A DNA stretch of 60,264 nt, the filler included, from Sphacelaria rigidula (taxonomy: Eukaryota): assembly GCA_964200075.2 (NCBI GenBank). It is 9 parts of 9 records of this genome, joined end to end, with 100 filler letters (N's around TTAATTAATTAA, not from the genome) between each part and the next. Parts side by side here need not be neighbours in the genome. Positions count along the whole stretch, not along the records: positions 53,659 to 60,264 come from CAXNAA020019100.1; 8 more parts are not named here. The stretch is one strand, 5' to 3'. Made by a program: the position numbers and the translations under genes. The notes beneath the pieces were generated by a model. That model searched no databases. It was not told the DNA's origin and saw nothing but the letters and a program-made list of their open reading frames with translations. The first letter of the stretch is position 1. Every line of letters begins with the position of its first letter. Shown in pieces: positions 60,073 to 60,264 of this stretch.

Positions 60073-60264
60073 CTGTTGAGGACTACCGAAGACCGTGGGT
60101 TCCTCTTCGCGGACTCGATGGTGTTGTGCGACACTCGGAACGCGAGTGCGAAAAACGAGTTACAAACCAGCTCGTTCGCCGCTAGCATGGATCCCCGATT
60201 TTTTCTGAGCTTCACAAGCGGCACCTGTCGACTCACCCAATCGAGCCTAGCGCGGCATGACCTC
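60073..60264 (-). CDS. Sola/DUF7869-like transposase, exon A (open to window edge)
   Basis: RSCRARLDWV...ELVCNSFFALAFRVSHNTIESAKRN...LN-AG |GTATGT; VC-x-x-FF-x5-VS motif. Confidence 0.78.

Overview
Repeat-dense, intron-rich eukaryotic DNA. The repeat landscape, splice sites and gene types suggest a brown alga or related stramenopile (inference). The window is not one locus: it is nine fragments of about 6.6 kb joined by eight artificial 100-nt linkers (N44-TTAATTAATTAA-N44), plus six 10-N assembly gaps, so adjacency across linkers means nothing. Most ORFs in the track are spurious. Recognisable coding content: (i) a four-exon, in-frame, spliced Sola/DUF7869-like transposase gene on the minus strand of the last fragment, not captured as a unit by the ORF track; (ii) three exons of an animal-type heme peroxidase-like gene lacking the distal His; (iii) two exons of a probable BCS1-like AAA ATPase; (iv) degenerate Gypsy gag-pol, LINE RT, DD39D (plant-type) mariner and pogo-like transposase relics. 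The rest is a non-autonomous LTR element with paired LTRs and TSD, a tRNA-derived SINE family, a LINE plus non-autonomous partner that insert in poly(C) tracts, several MITE families and microsatellites. Best leads: the spliced transposase, a GAG...CTC MITE family with 4-bp TSDs that includes an inverted pair whose swapped TSDs record a 47-bp inversion, and the poly(C)-associated retroelement pair.
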